From positions 32,001 to 96,000 of IMG/VR virus record IMGVR_UViG_3300023174_000052: DNA of 64,000 bases; one strand, written 5' to 3'. Source of the stretch: a virus. How positions within the stretch are numbered: position 1 is the stretch's first letter; every line of letters starts with the position of its first letter. A program made the translations under genes and the position numbers. Below, in pieces: positions 16,829-27,380 of this stretch. Below the pieces are notes generated by a model, which saw only the letters and a list, made by a program, of their open reading frames with translations, did not search any database and had not been told where the DNA came from.

Positions 16829-19297
16829 TTAAGCCTCGTTTCCAGATAGCGTGAATGATATGTCAGCTAATGTGGAATCAGCAGATGATGGCGCGACGAC
16901 TCGGACGATGTTGCCCGCGGCGTAAGATACCGAACCACCAGAGTAGGAGACTGCTCCGACGCTTGAACCAGCTGAGTAGACGATTGTTCCGACATTCGAG
17001 TACGAAATCGTTCCAGCCGTATTAACACCCTTCTGGATGTTGAAGGTCGCAGTCGCTGTCGCAGCAGTATCACAGTAAGCGTATCCGCCGTCGAGTGTAA
17101 CCGCGACGCTGACAGGAGCTCTGAAGATGACCTCGCCAGCTGCAGGCTTACCTGAGACATCACCACCGATATCGACAACTGATGAACCACCACCAGCGCC
17201 ACCACCGCCAGTTGTGTAACCGACGAGAGAAGCTAACGTGACTGGTAAGAAGGCAACAACGAAGTCGTCTTTCTGTAGCGCGAAGTTAAATGAAACCGAT
17301 GTACCGTCAGAAGCGATGTCGTAATCGTAGTTCGACGCGTCGAAAGACTTCGAAACGAGGAGTTGACCGTTTAGGTACAACTTGACGTTCTCGTCGCGAG
17401 CATCTGTGGGAACAGATGTGTAAGAACCAGAGAAGTGCGTTCCGTTGATTTTCTTGAGATCGCTGCCCAAGATCGAAGCGGGTGCTGAGACTGCGCTGTC
17501 GATCTTAAACATGAAGCGTGAATCGCCTGGGAGAGCAGCGGCTGTCGAGATGGCAGATAGTATTGAAACTTCGCCGAAGACAGTCTTAAAACGGTCCCAT
17601 TCTGCTGAGGCATCTGAGAGTTTGATACCGTCGGCATCTGACCAACCTGGAGATTTATTAGAATCCAAGAATTTTAGATCGGCGCCAGCTGCGATATGAA
17701 CGTCAGAAGAAGCAGAAGCGAAGAGCACACCATCGGCCGCTCTTAAATCTACGTTATCTGCATCGAGTGCGAAGTTTCCACCGACGTTGACATCCATGAC
17801 AGAAGCTACGCTAATTAAGAAATCGTCACCAACTTCGGCGACGAGGTCGCGAGCGGCTTCAACAATGATATCAGACGCAGCAGACATGCTAAGGTGCGAC
17901 GATGCAGAGACGAGTAAGTCTCCGCCGGTCTTTCCTACAACCTGCTTGCCTGATTTGTCGAGCGTAACGTCATCTCCGAAAGTAGAAGTGCTGTCGACGT
18001 CGAAAGTCGAAGCGAAGTGCGCCGCGGCCGAAACATCTAATCCACCTGTGACGTAGAGCTTCGAATCGTGGAACATGAGGTTCGCTTCGTCCTTAATCGA
18101 ACCGTCTGTATCGACGACGTAGAGACGCGTCGCAGTGTCGCCGTCAATCTTAACTGAATTTACAGTGATACCAGAGTTAAAGTCAGCAGCTCCATTGAAA
18201 GTAGATGCGCTGGCGACCGTTAGTGTACTCTGGAGGTTTAGAGCTCCTTGAACGTCTGCGGCGCCGTTAACGTCTAACGCTCCATTAACGTTTGCATCCC
18301 CAGAGAGGTATAGGTTCTTCCACTTAACCGAAGAAGAACCGAGGTCTTTAGAAGCGTCGGCTGAAGCGAGAAGGTTCTCTGAGAACACCCACGAATCCGT
18401 GGCATTATCCCACACTATCGTGTGATCTGTATTACCTTTGAGGATGATACCACCGCCGTTCGCAGACACGTCAGAGGGCGATGCAGTCGCGCCTAATTCG
18501 ATGTTTATGTCGTCTACAGTGACGACAGTCGAGTTAACAGTCGTTGTAGTTCCGTTAACGACAAGGTCACCGCCGACTGTTAATTTACCAGTAAACGTAC
18601 CGCTTACTGCAGATATATCTCTCGTTACTGTGAGGTCACGAGCGATAGTAACATCTTTTGAGAACGTCGAACCAGAGACGGTGAGTGTACCAGCAGAGTG
18701 AGAAATTTCTGCATCGACAGCGAGTCGCTTTCCCGTTCCGACGAGAGCTACTTTGCCAGCCGTGAGGTCTTCAACGATCGCAGAAGCTAATGTCGCATCA
18801 CCATCGACATCGAGAGTGCCCTTTGACGCTACATTACCTGTACCGACCGCTACAGTGAATTTGTCTGTACCGACAGTCAGGTCAGCACCGGTGACATCCA
18901 AACCAGCAAGAGCGTCGACGTTACCGACGAGTGTAGAGCCGAGAGCAACGGTTAAAGCACCACCAGCCTGAAGTGATGAAGAACCAGATATAACGCCAGC
19001 GTTTGTAATAGAAACTTTTTGAACGCCTGAACCGTCTTTTAAACTTAAAGAGCCCGAGAATACGGAAGTCGCATTCGAGAAGACACCAGCCTGAGCGTTT
19101 GTGAAGTCGCCCACACCGTGAATTCTTGAGATTGAACCTGCCATCGCAGCCAAGATGTCTTGGAGCGTCGAAGCATTGATACTATTCGAAGCTAATGGGC
19201 TCGAATAATCGCTAACTGCCATGTCAGAGATAGAAGCTATGGAGCCAGAAACAGACTTTAATCTAATTTGACTGCGTGGTGTAATTGCGGTAGCCAT
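16829..19297 (-). CDS. Virion fibre-like structural protein, paralog B, with extra C-terminal domain
   Basis: N-terminal PRSQIRL motif, a segment near-identical to paralog A (WVFSENLLASADASKDLGSS), a YLNGQLL domain and a C-terminal GKPA..EV.F domain. Confidence 0.7.
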   Translation of the reverse strand: MATAITPRSQIRLKSVSGSIASISDMAVSDYSSPLASNSINASTLQDILAAMAGSISRIHGVGDFTNAQAGVFSNATSVFSGSLSLKDGSGVQKVSITNAGVISGSSSLQAGGALTVALGSTLVGNVDALAGLDVTGADLTVGTDKFTVAVGTGNVASKGTLDVDGDATLASAIVEDLTAGKVALVGTGKRLAVDAEISHSAGTLTVSGSTFSKDVTIARDLTVTRDISAVSGTFTGKLTVGGDLVVNGTTTTVNSTVVTVDDINIELGATASPSDVSANGGGIILKGNTDHTIVWDNATDSWVFSENLLASADASKDLGSSSVKWKNLYLSGDANVNGALDVNGAADVQGALNLQSTLTVASASTFNGAADFNSGITVNSVKIDGDTATRLYVVDTDGSIKDEANLMFHDSKLYVTGGLDVSAAAHFASTFDVDSTSTFGDDVTLDKSGKQVVGKTGGDLLVSASSHLSMSAASDIIVEAARDLVAEVGDDFLISVASVMDVNVGGNFALDADNVDLRAADGVLFASASSDVHIAAGADLKFLDSNKSPGWSDADGIKLSDASAEWDRFKTVFGEVSILSAISTAAALPGDSRFMFKIDSAVSAPASILGSDLKKINGTHFSGSYTSVPTDARDENVKLYLNGQLLVSKSFDASNYDYDIASDGTSVSFNFALQKDDFVVAFLPVTLASLVGYTTGGGGAGGGSSVVDIGGDVSGKPAAGEVIFRAPVSVAVTLDGGYAYCDTAATATATFNIQKGVNTAGTISYSNVGTIVYSAGSSVGAVSYSGGSVSYAAGNIVRVVAPSSADSTLADISFTLSGNEA

Positions 19298-19335
19298 GTA
19301 AGAACCCCTTATGTCTTTGAGTTAATATTCAATCA

Positions 19336-19390
19336 GACTGCGACTGGAATCGAGGTTCCAAATTTCCATTGCATGCAAACGCTAGCAATT
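19336..19390 (-). promoter_or_regulatory. Conserved structured leader motif, copy 1
   Basis: TTGC-TA..GCAT-GCAA stem, then GGAA(C)-CTCG-(A)TTCC hairpin, then AGTCGCAGTC. Matches 32416-32466. Confidence 0.5.
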
Positions 19391-19407
19391 TATACGTAAA
19401 TATCATC

Positions 19408-19467
19408 ACTAAATTTTACAATCCTAAGTTTTTAGTTTTTACTAACGAAAGAATTGTAAAATTTAGT
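19408..19467. repeat. 15-bp perfect inverted repeat
   Basis: ACTAAATTTTACAAT (19408-19422) and ATTGTAAAATTTAGT (19453-19467). Confidence 0.85.
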
Positions 19468-19487
19468 AATATCACTATCTAATAAAA

Positions 19488-19763
19488 TCAGACGTCTTCT
19501 GCGTCGGAAAGCTCTGGTAGTAATTTCGCAGCTTCATAACTTTGTTTCCATAAATTGTCGCTCGAAGATAGGTCGTACACGAAATTACAGTCGTAGAAAC
19601 AAATAACGCGATCGTCGCCTTTCATTTCGCGAGCGAAAAGAACAGCTCTCACGTTTCTATTTCCCGTGTCCTCTACCTTTCCTTCGAAAAGCATGTGCTC
19701 GAAAGAAATGTAGCAACCCTTGTATTCCTGATCATTAAGAGTGATGTCTTTTTTAAGTGCCAT
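19488..19763 (-). CDS. Small tail-fibre-associated (assembly chaperone-like) protein
   Basis: C-terminal KQSYEAAKLLPELSDAEDV pattern, typical of small proteins encoded after fibre genes; GGAG RBS. Confidence 0.5.
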   Translation of the reverse strand: MALKKDITLNDQEYKGCYISFEHMLFEGKVEDTGNRNVRAVLFAREMKGDDRVICFYDCNFVYDLSSSDNLWKQSYEAAKLLPELSDAEDV

Positions 19764-19784
19764 TTTTGCTCCTTTATTGTGAAA

Positions 19785-22700
19785 TTAGATGAAAGATACG
19801 TTACCACCTGATAGAATCAGGTTTAAATTGCCGGTGCCAAATTTATTTACAGAACTTGGAAGAATTACGCTTCCACTGTTTTGAACTGTTATAGAACCCG
19901 ATGGGATAGCGAATGTATTTTCAAATCTTACGGTTCCAGTCAAAACGTTAACAGATCCAGTCACGTTAGTTGATCCGGATAAGATCAATAAGCCACCACC
20001 CTTCATAGTAATATTCGCAGTTCCTGCGACTTGCGAAGGAATAATGAATGTCTTACCGCTTTGGACGTCGAATGTAACGCTACCAGTCAATCCGACGTTT
20101 CTCGTCGTGCTCAATGTCAACGATGCCGAAGACGCTAACGTCGCATTTTGTAAGAACAATCTTGCCTGTGCCGTACCAGGAGTCGCGCCGAAAGAGTTGT
20201 CACTACCATTCGCTGCGATTGTCAAAACTGAGTTAGACGCTGTTATAAATCCTGTGAACAAATTCGAGTTATTAGCGATAGTAAGGCGAGAACTTGGTTC
20301 GATAACGACTGAACCGGCGCCTGCAAGCGTGCCCGACTGGATCCACTCGCCAGGTCCGACGAATGAAGTCGCTGACCACGCTAATGCTGTTCCTGCTCCA
20401 TAACGAGTCAAAGAACCCGTAAGACCATGACGACCCGTATGGATTACAGTATTTCCAGTTGGGACATTTAGCTTGGCGCCGATACCAACTGTTGATCCGT
20501 AGTAAGAAGATTCTAACGAATTAGGAACAGTCATAGAGCCAGAGAAGATCCAGTTCGCAGCGCTTGATGCGGTCGTGTAAGTAGAATAATGATATCCACG
20601 TAGCTGAGAGCCCGAGTTTGGTAGAGACTGTGACCCGACGAAAGTCATGGCAGCGTTATAATAATACGCGGGATAAATGAAACCGTAAAGATTAGAATTA
20701 TTACCCGTGAATTTAATATTAAAAGTACTCAATCCCGAGTTGACCGCGGTCGAGGAATAACCGATGTACGTCGTGTTTATACTTCCTGACTGCGAAGATA
20801 AACGACCGGAGTATATATGTGTCTGTGGTTGTGTGAACGTACCGTTTAGATAGGACAAATATCTAACACCTGTGCCCTTCGCTCCTGTCCAGCTAATATC
20901 ACCAGACATCGTATGAACTTGTACACCTGGCGTTATCATGAAGTATAGATAATTACCCGCTCCTGCGCTATAAGTACCTTTGTTCCTAAATTCTATCGAA
21001 GCAGAACCTATAGTTCTTGAACCCGATACGTAGAGGTAACCAACATTTGTACTATCGATTCTGATGCCTCTTGTGTTATTGATACCTGAGTTTGTCCCTG
21101 TGAGATAGACATACGTGCTAATTGCCGTCGCTGACCCAGAAGCAATATAGTTATCGAATATAAGCTGTCCCGTTCCCGTAACTGGAGAAAGCATGTGATA
21201 CGTAGGCGCTGCGGTATAAGAAGATGAGAAGATACCTGCACCTGATAGGTAGATTCCTCGAGTAGCCGGAATAACGTGAGATGTAGCGTTAGGATAGATC
21301 AACGTCGCAGAGTTATTTAGAGTGATGCTTGCTGTCGAAAGAGTCGCAGGTACTGGGCCCGCAGAAGTCTCTGCCGCAAGGACAACAGACCCTGAAGAAA
21401 CTGTAAATAGGCCCTTGAAATTTGTCGTAGAAAGATCGGGTAAGTAAACTCGACCGCCACCCGTTTTTGTGAATGAAGCAGAAGCTATCGAAGAACTTAC
21501 TGACGAGCTGACATATAAGAACGCGCCAACCGAAGTATCGACGTTCAAGTTACCGTCAGTTTGCAAGCGTCTGTTGACGCTCAAGAAAGTTGTTCCAGAT
21601 ACTACCAAGTTCGAACCGGTTAATTGAATCGATCGAACCGCGGTAGCTTGATCCGCGCTTGTGTCTACACCCGATAGAATGAGCGACCCACTCGTTGAAT
21701 AAATCGAATTTTGTGTAGAGAGACCCACTAACGAGAGATTACCACCTCCCGTCTTTACGAGCGCAGATGTTCCTGTGACAGGTGCGAGGATAGATAACGT
21801 CTTATTCTGATCTACTGATATAGTCGAGTCAGCGTTAAGAACGATGCCTCTATTTTGGTTTATCGAGAACGTATCTGTAATTCTCCACGAAGAACCACTT
21901 AACACGAAGTAAATCGGATTTAATACTGACGGTGTGGCACCAAAACTGCTATCAGCAGAGGCCGTGACGATGTTCGAAGAACCTGATTTCACGTCGACGG
22001 TACCTTCTAATACGTTGAAAGTTACGCCGGATGAAGTTACATATTCGAACGTACCAGGTCCACGTTTATTAATCGTGGCAGATGTTCCCGCTACGTAAGA
22101 ACCAAGCGCTAATGAAACTATAGAACCAGACGAAATGTTTAGGTTTATAGTTCCCGTCATGTAGAGTTTGGAAGGATTCAATATTAAACTTGAAGAAATA
22201 TTTAGAGTGCTACCATCGACTAAGTTTATTTGTCCTGTGCCAAGAGTACCTGATGTGAGTCCGGCACCGATTGTCAAAGTTCCTGAGTTGATTAGTCCAC
22301 CTGCGAAGGTATTCGAAGCATTCGCGAAGGTCACACAAGCACCAGGTTCAATGACCAAACCACCTGCACCAGCTAAAGTGCCGGACTGGATCCATTCGCC
22401 TGGACCAACGAACGAAGTCGCTGACCACGCGAAATTAGCGCCAGAGCCTTGTCTGGTCAATGAACCTGTGAGACCGTGGCGACCTGTGTGGATTACAGTA
22501 TTTCCAGACGGGACATTTAATTTAGCGCCGACCGTGCCGTTGTTCGATGATTCTATAAGGTTCGGTACTGTCATTGAACCGGAGAAAATCCAGTTTGCAG
22601 AGTTTGAAGCCGTCGTGTAAGTATTAACATGAACGGCTCTTAGCATAGCGCTTGGGTGTGGAAGCGACTGTGAACCCACGAACGTTACGGATATGTTACC

Positions 22701-25700
22701 TGAATCACCGACCCAAATCGGACCATATAGACCAGAGTTATTACCAGTTAATACTACGTTGATTAATCGATCGAAACCAGAAGTTAGACCGCCGATAGAA
22801 CCAAGCGAGAAATTTGATGTACTATCTACTTGATTCGTTAATCGTCCTGAGAATATATATGTCTGTGGTGTCGTTAACGCGCCGCGCATATAAGCGATGT
22901 GTTTATGGCTTGTTGCGCCACCGGATGGACCCGTAAACTTGATGTCGTTTATGATTGTATCTGTTGTTTTTGCAGGATCCTGGAAGAATCCTAAATACGA
23001 CGTTCCAACTAATCCTGACGCCAAGCCCTTATTTCTGAATTCGACCGTACCAGAACCCATCGTTCTGGAGCCCGATGTTGTTAACGTCGCGAAACCTGTC
23101 GCATCGATTCTTATACCACCGGCATTATTAAGCGCAGAATTTGCTCCTATGAGATAGACAGCCGTGTCAACAACGGTTGCAGAACCAGACGCTACACCGT
23201 TATTAAAGATAATTTGTCCTGAGCCCGTAACCGTGCTGTCGACGTAATAATTCGGAGCTGGCGCCGCGGCGATCGAAGACGAGAAAATACCATCGCCCTG
23301 TAAATTGATTCCTCGAGTACCAGAAATTATAAATGTCTGGACGTTATTGGTGTAAATATCGGAAATACCGAGCGGGAACGTAATGTTCGAGGGATCGACA
23401 GACGCGGGAAGAGCTCCGAAGTCTGCGTCGCCATAGACAGCTCTCGAAGTCCAACCAGCTACGGAACCAGTGTTGAGATAAGGTACACGTGGTGTAGTTA
23501 ATGTACCACCACCGATTATTCTCAAGCTCGCTCCAGTCCATCCCAAATCCAATCCTTGCGGGACTGTTAACGTCATTCCCGTCGGGATGTCGAAAGTAGC
23601 AACGCCAGCGTCAATTTGTAGTCTGCGAGTGTTACCGAAGGAGAACGAAGATGAAACTGCCAACGTCGCGTTGTTTAGATAGAGCGATGTTGTTGGAGAT
23701 CCTGGCGTCGCACCGAAAGAGTTCGTTCCACCGTTCGCTGCGATAGTAACGACAGAGTTAGACGCCGATATAGGACCTGTTGATATATTAGAGTTATTCG
23801 CTAACGTGAGTCTTGAGCCAGGTTCGACGACCAACGCACCAGCACCAGCTAACGTACCAGATTGAATCCATTCACCTGTACCGACGAACGAAGTCGCGTT
23901 CCATGCGATGACAGGCGACGTACCTTGACGTATTAGAGTACCTGTGAGACCGTGTCGACCCGTTGCTATAATGGTTGAACCAGCGGCGACGTTCATCTTC
24001 GCGCCAACACCATTGGCGCCATAATTCGAAGACTCTATTTGGTTAGCGACAGTCATAGAACCGGAGAAGATCCAGTTTGCAGAATTCGACGCAGTCGTAT
24101 AAGCGCTAGCATAATATCCAATCATTTGCGCTATTGAATTCGGAAGAGACGACGACCCAATAAAATGAATAGAATTATTACCACCGTAACTCGGAAATAT
24201 TTGACCATATAATCCGCTATTATCACCTGTTAACTTTACAGTCAAAAGTCTATCTAAACCGGTCGAAGCATTATTATAACCTAAATACACAATAGATGTA
24301 TTGCCAGGTTGCGTAATCAAGCGACCTGAGTAGATGTGCGTCTGAGGTTGCGTGACGTTGCCGATCATGCGAGAGATTGACTTGGCACCTGTACCTGTCG
24401 CACCTGTCCAGCTAACGTCACCAGACATCGTGTGAATCTGCGTCGACGGATCCTGAAGGAAATAAAAATCACTACCCCCCGCACCGACGTATATTCCTTT
24501 ATTTCGAAATTCTATTGAAGCAGAACCGATGTTGCGAGAACCAGAAGAGTAAAGATAACCATAGCTCGTACTATCGATTCTGATTCCACCAGAATTGCTT
24601 AAATAAGAGTAGGTTCCAGTGAGGTAAACGAAGGTGCTAACTGCCGTCACCGACCCAGACGAGATATAGTTATCGAATACGATCTGTCCCGTTCCCATAA
24701 CTGGCGAGTTAACATAGAAAGTAGGAGATCCTATATAAGAACTCGAGATAACGCCAGATCCAGAAAGGTATATACCGCGGTTAGCAGGGATAGCGTGCCC
24801 CCCTAAAATCGGGTTAGTATAGATCAACGTCGCAGAGTTATTTAGAACAATGCTAGCTGTCGAAAGAGTCGCGGGTACAGGACCTGTAGAAGTCTCTGTA
24901 GTGAGGACGACAGACCCTGATGAAACGGTGAACGAGCGATTAAAATTCGTCGTAGAAAGATCAGGTAAGTAAACTCGACCGGCGCCCGTTTTTATGAATG
25001 AAGCAGAAGCTATCGACGAGCTTAAAGAAGAACTAACATATAAGAACGCGCCCGCGTCGACGTCGATGCTCAAATCGCCATTCGTTGTTATGTCTCTATT
25101 CGATCCGATGAAAGTCGTTCCGGATATTATTAGATTTGAACCCGACAATTCGAACGATCTGCGAACACCAACGTCTGAAGCCGTGGCTCCCGATAAAATA
25201 AGATTTCCACTTGTGTGTTTTATCGCAGTAATAAAGCTATTATTGAGTTGTAAATTACCACTTCCAGTTTTGATGACTGGATACGTTCCATTGACGGGTG
25301 CTCCAATAGCGAAAGTCGTAGAACTGTTTATAGCGATATTCCAATCTTTTAATAGTAAAAACCCTCTGTTCGCGTTCGAAGTAAACGAATTCGTGATCAA
25401 CCAATTCGAACCACTTAGAGGGAAGAAAAGAGAATCGTAAGAAGCAGGAATAGAACCGAAGTCAGAATCTGCCGAAGCAGTTAGTACAGACGTTAACGCA
25501 GAAACTCCTGTCGCGACACCAGCTACTTGATTAACGTTAACGTTTGGAGAGACTACATATCTAAACGTACCTAAACCGATCTTATTAATCGTTGTAGCAT
25601 TGCCCTGCGCCTGGACTAAAGCAGTTAGCGTCGTCGCATTTAAAACGTCAACCGTAACAGTTCCAGTAGATACGAGTGTATTCGAAATATTCGCGACGCT

Positions 25701-27353
25701 CGCAGAAGACGCAAGCGTACTACCTGCGGCTAACACTACAGTACCGAATCCGAGCGCCTGCGTTGCTGTACCGCTTCCTGTTCCGATTGTCAAAGTACCA
25801 GAGTTTACCAATCCACCTGCAAATGTGTTAGAATTATTTGCGATTGTAAGTCTGGCGATGGGCTCGACGACTAACGCACCGGCACCCGTTAACGTACCAG
25901 ATTGAACCCATTCGCCAGGACCGACGATTGAAGTTGCCGACCACGCAAGATTCGCACCATTGATCCAGCGATATAGAGGACCCGAAAGTGTGTGTATACC
26001 TGTAGCCGTGACTATACTACCAGACGAAACGTTTAATTTCGTGCCGATGCCGGAGGAGCTGGCGAGATATGCAGTATTAAGCGCGTTTGGAACTGTCATA
26101 GAACCAGAAAAGATCCAGTTCGCAGAGTTTGAAGCTGTTGCATAAGTAGAGGGGTAATATCCAATCATTTGCGCATTCGAGTTCGGAAGAGAAGACGACC
26201 CGATGAAATGAATAGAAGCGTTGGAATAATAACCAGGATATATCACGCCATATAAAGAGTTGTTATTACCAGATAGTTTAACTGTCAAAAGTCTATCGAA
26301 GCCACTGGCTGCATTATAACCCAAATACACAGGAGACGTATTACCAGGTTGCGTAATCAAGCGACCTGTATAGACATGCGTCTGTGGTTGGGTAATTGTT
26401 CCCGCGAGACTAGAGATGATTTTCGCGCCTGTACCTGCCGTGCCTGTCCAACTAACGTCTCCAGACATCGTGTGAATCTGCGTCGACGAATCCTGGAGGA
26501 AATATAAATAGCTGCCCGCTCCTCCGGTGCTAGTACCTTTGTTCCTAAATTCTATTGAAGCAGAACCTATGTTTCTGGACCCTGAAGTATAGAGATAGTT
26601 ATAAAATGTCGAATCTAATCGTATACCACCTGAATTGCTTAAATAAGAGTAGGTTCCAGTGAGGTAGACGACTGTGTTAAGCCCCGAAGCTGACCCAGAC
26701 GCGATATAGTTATCAAATATAATCTGTCCTGTTCCCGTAACTGGCGAGTGAACATAGAACGTAGGCGCGCCAGCGTAAGAAGACGAGATAACGCCAGAGC
26801 CAGAAAGGTATATACCACGATTAGCAGGAATAACGTGAGATATAACGTTAGGATAGATTAGCGTCGCCAAGTTATTGAAGATGATATTCGACGCGCTAAG
26901 ACTTGTTGGGACTGCGCCCAAAGACGTATCAGCAGCGATTCTCAAAGCACCGCTTAGGATTGCAGTACCACCTGTGTACGTGTTAGCAGTACCACTCAGG
27001 GCCAAGTAGTTACTATAAGAAGACGCCGTGACTATTAAAGCAGAGTTTCCTGAGATCGTGTTCCAAATGAACGACGGCGCGTAATCGACGTATACTGACG
27101 TACCCGTACCGAAGGTGACGATATTCGCAGAACCAGTAAGCTGCCAGGGATAAAAAGTCGCTGTGGGATCGGCGAATTTAATCGCACCCGGTTGCGCGTT
27201 TGTAGTCGATAACGTGACTACACCAGCGGCGTCAGAGGCAATATTCGTATTAAAATAGACATCATCACCTGCTACTGGAAGTGTTGATAAGTTCCAGTTA
27301 GTCGTAGTATTCCACGCACCTGCTACTGTTGGTACCCAAGTCTTAGTCGCCAT
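19785..27353 (-). CDS. Giant (2522 aa) PATR beta-helix adhesin-like protein with four internal modules
   Basis: Same MATK.W...AG.WN...NW N-terminus as 13393-16452, PATR repeats, and four copies of a module containing EFRNKG...PQT...SANWIFSGSMTV...GEW.QSGTL.GAG. Confidence 0.8.
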   Translation of the reverse strand: MATKTWVPTVAGAWNTTTNWNLSTLPVAGDDVYFNTNIASDAAGVVTLSTTNAQPGAIKFADPTATFYPWQLTGSANIVTFGTGTSVYVDYAPSFIWNTISGNSALIVTASSYSNYLALSGTANTYTGGTAILSGALRIAADTSLGAVPTSLSASNIIFNNLATLIYPNVISHVIPANRGIYLSGSGVISSSYAGAPTFYVHSPVTGTGQIIFDNYIASGSASGLNTVVYLTGTYSYLSNSGGIRLDSTFYNYLYTSGSRNIGSASIEFRNKGTSTGGAGSYLYFLQDSSTQIHTMSGDVSWTGTAGTGAKIISSLAGTITQPQTHVYTGRLITQPGNTSPVYLGYNAASGFDRLLTVKLSGNNNSLYGVIYPGYYSNASIHFIGSSSLPNSNAQMIGYYPSTYATASNSANWIFSGSMTVPNALNTAYLASSSGIGTKLNVSSGSIVTATGIHTLSGPLYRWINGANLAWSATSIVGPGEWVQSGTLTGAGALVVEPIARLTIANNSNTFAGGLVNSGTLTIGTGSGTATQALGFGTVVLAAGSTLASSASVANISNTLVSTGTVTVDVLNATTLTALVQAQGNATTINKIGLGTFRYVVSPNVNVNQVAGVATGVSALTSVLTASADSDFGSIPASYDSLFFPLSGSNWLITNSFTSNANRGFLLLKDWNIAINSSTTFAIGAPVNGTYPVIKTGSGNLQLNNSFITAIKHTSGNLILSGATASDVGVRRSFELSGSNLIISGTTFIGSNRDITTNGDLSIDVDAGAFLYVSSSLSSSIASASFIKTGAGRVYLPDLSTTNFNRSFTVSSGSVVLTTETSTGPVPATLSTASIVLNNSATLIYTNPILGGHAIPANRGIYLSGSGVISSSYIGSPTFYVNSPVMGTGQIVFDNYISSGSVTAVSTFVYLTGTYSYLSNSGGIRIDSTSYGYLYSSGSRNIGSASIEFRNKGIYVGAGGSDFYFLQDPSTQIHTMSGDVSWTGATGTGAKSISRMIGNVTQPQTHIYSGRLITQPGNTSIVYLGYNNASTGLDRLLTVKLTGDNSGLYGQIFPSYGGNNSIHFIGSSSLPNSIAQMIGYYASAYTTASNSANWIFSGSMTVANQIESSNYGANGVGAKMNVAAGSTIIATGRHGLTGTLIRQGTSPVIAWNATSFVGTGEWIQSGTLAGAGALVVEPGSRLTLANNSNISTGPISASNSVVTIAANGGTNSFGATPGSPTTSLYLNNATLAVSSSFSFGNTRRLQIDAGVATFDIPTGMTLTVPQGLDLGWTGASLRIIGGGTLTTPRVPYLNTGSVAGWTSRAVYGDADFGALPASVDPSNITFPLGISDIYTNNVQTFIISGTRGINLQGDGIFSSSIAAAPAPNYYVDSTVTGSGQIIFNNGVASGSATVVDTAVYLIGANSALNNAGGIRIDATGFATLTTSGSRTMGSGTVEFRNKGLASGLVGTSYLGFFQDPAKTTDTIINDIKFTGPSGGATSHKHIAYMRGALTTPQTYIFSGRLTNQVDSTSNFSLGSIGGLTSGFDRLINVVLTGNNSGLYGPIWVGDSGNISVTFVGSQSLPHPSAMLRAVHVNTYTTASNSANWIFSGSMTVPNLIESSNNGTVGAKLNVPSGNTVIHTGRHGLTGSLTRQGSGANFAWSATSFVGPGEWIQSGTLAGAGGLVIEPGACVTFANASNTFAGGLINSGTLTIGAGLTSGTLGTGQINLVDGSTLNISSSLILNPSKLYMTGTINLNISSGSIVSLALGSYVAGTSATINKRGPGTFEYVTSSGVTFNVLEGTVDVKSGSSNIVTASADSSFGATPSVLNPIYFVLSGSSWRITDTFSINQNRGIVLNADSTISVDQNKTLSILAPVTGTSALVKTGGGNLSLVGLSTQNSIYSTSGSLILSGVDTSADQATAVRSIQLTGSNLVVSGTTFLSVNRRLQTDGNLNVDTSVGAFLYVSSSVSSSIASASFTKTGGGRVYLPDLSTTNFKGLFTVSSGSVVLAAETSAGPVPATLSTASITLNNSATLIYPNATSHVIPATRGIYLSGAGIFSSSYTAAPTYHMLSPVTGTGQLIFDNYIASGSATAISTYVYLTGTNSGINNTRGIRIDSTNVGYLYVSGSRTIGSASIEFRNKGTYSAGAGNYLYFMITPGVQVHTMSGDISWTGAKGTGVRYLSYLNGTFTQPQTHIYSGRLSSQSGSINTTYIGYSSTAVNSGLSTFNIKFTGNNSNLYGFIYPAYYYNAAMTFVGSQSLPNSGSQLRGYHYSTYTTASSAANWIFSGSMTVPNSLESSYYGSTVGIGAKLNVPTGNTVIHTGRHGLTGSLTRYGAGTALAWSATSFVGPGEWIQSGTLAGAGSVVIEPSSRLTIANNSNLFTGFITASNSVLTIAANGSDNSFGATPGTAQARLFLQNATLASSASLTLSTTRNVGLTGSVTFDVQSGKTFIIPSQVAGTANITMKGGGLLILSGSTNVTGSVNVLTGTVRFENTFAIPSGSITVQNSGSVILPSSVNKFGTGNLNLILSGGNVSFI

Positions 27354-27380
27354 GTTTTCCCCAAAAAAATGTTATTATAA

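Noticed and set aside
19785-27353. Diversity-generating retroelement (template/variable repeat pair)
   Set aside because: The repeats are in-frame coding modules, differences are not adenine-specific, and no reverse transcriptase is in the window.
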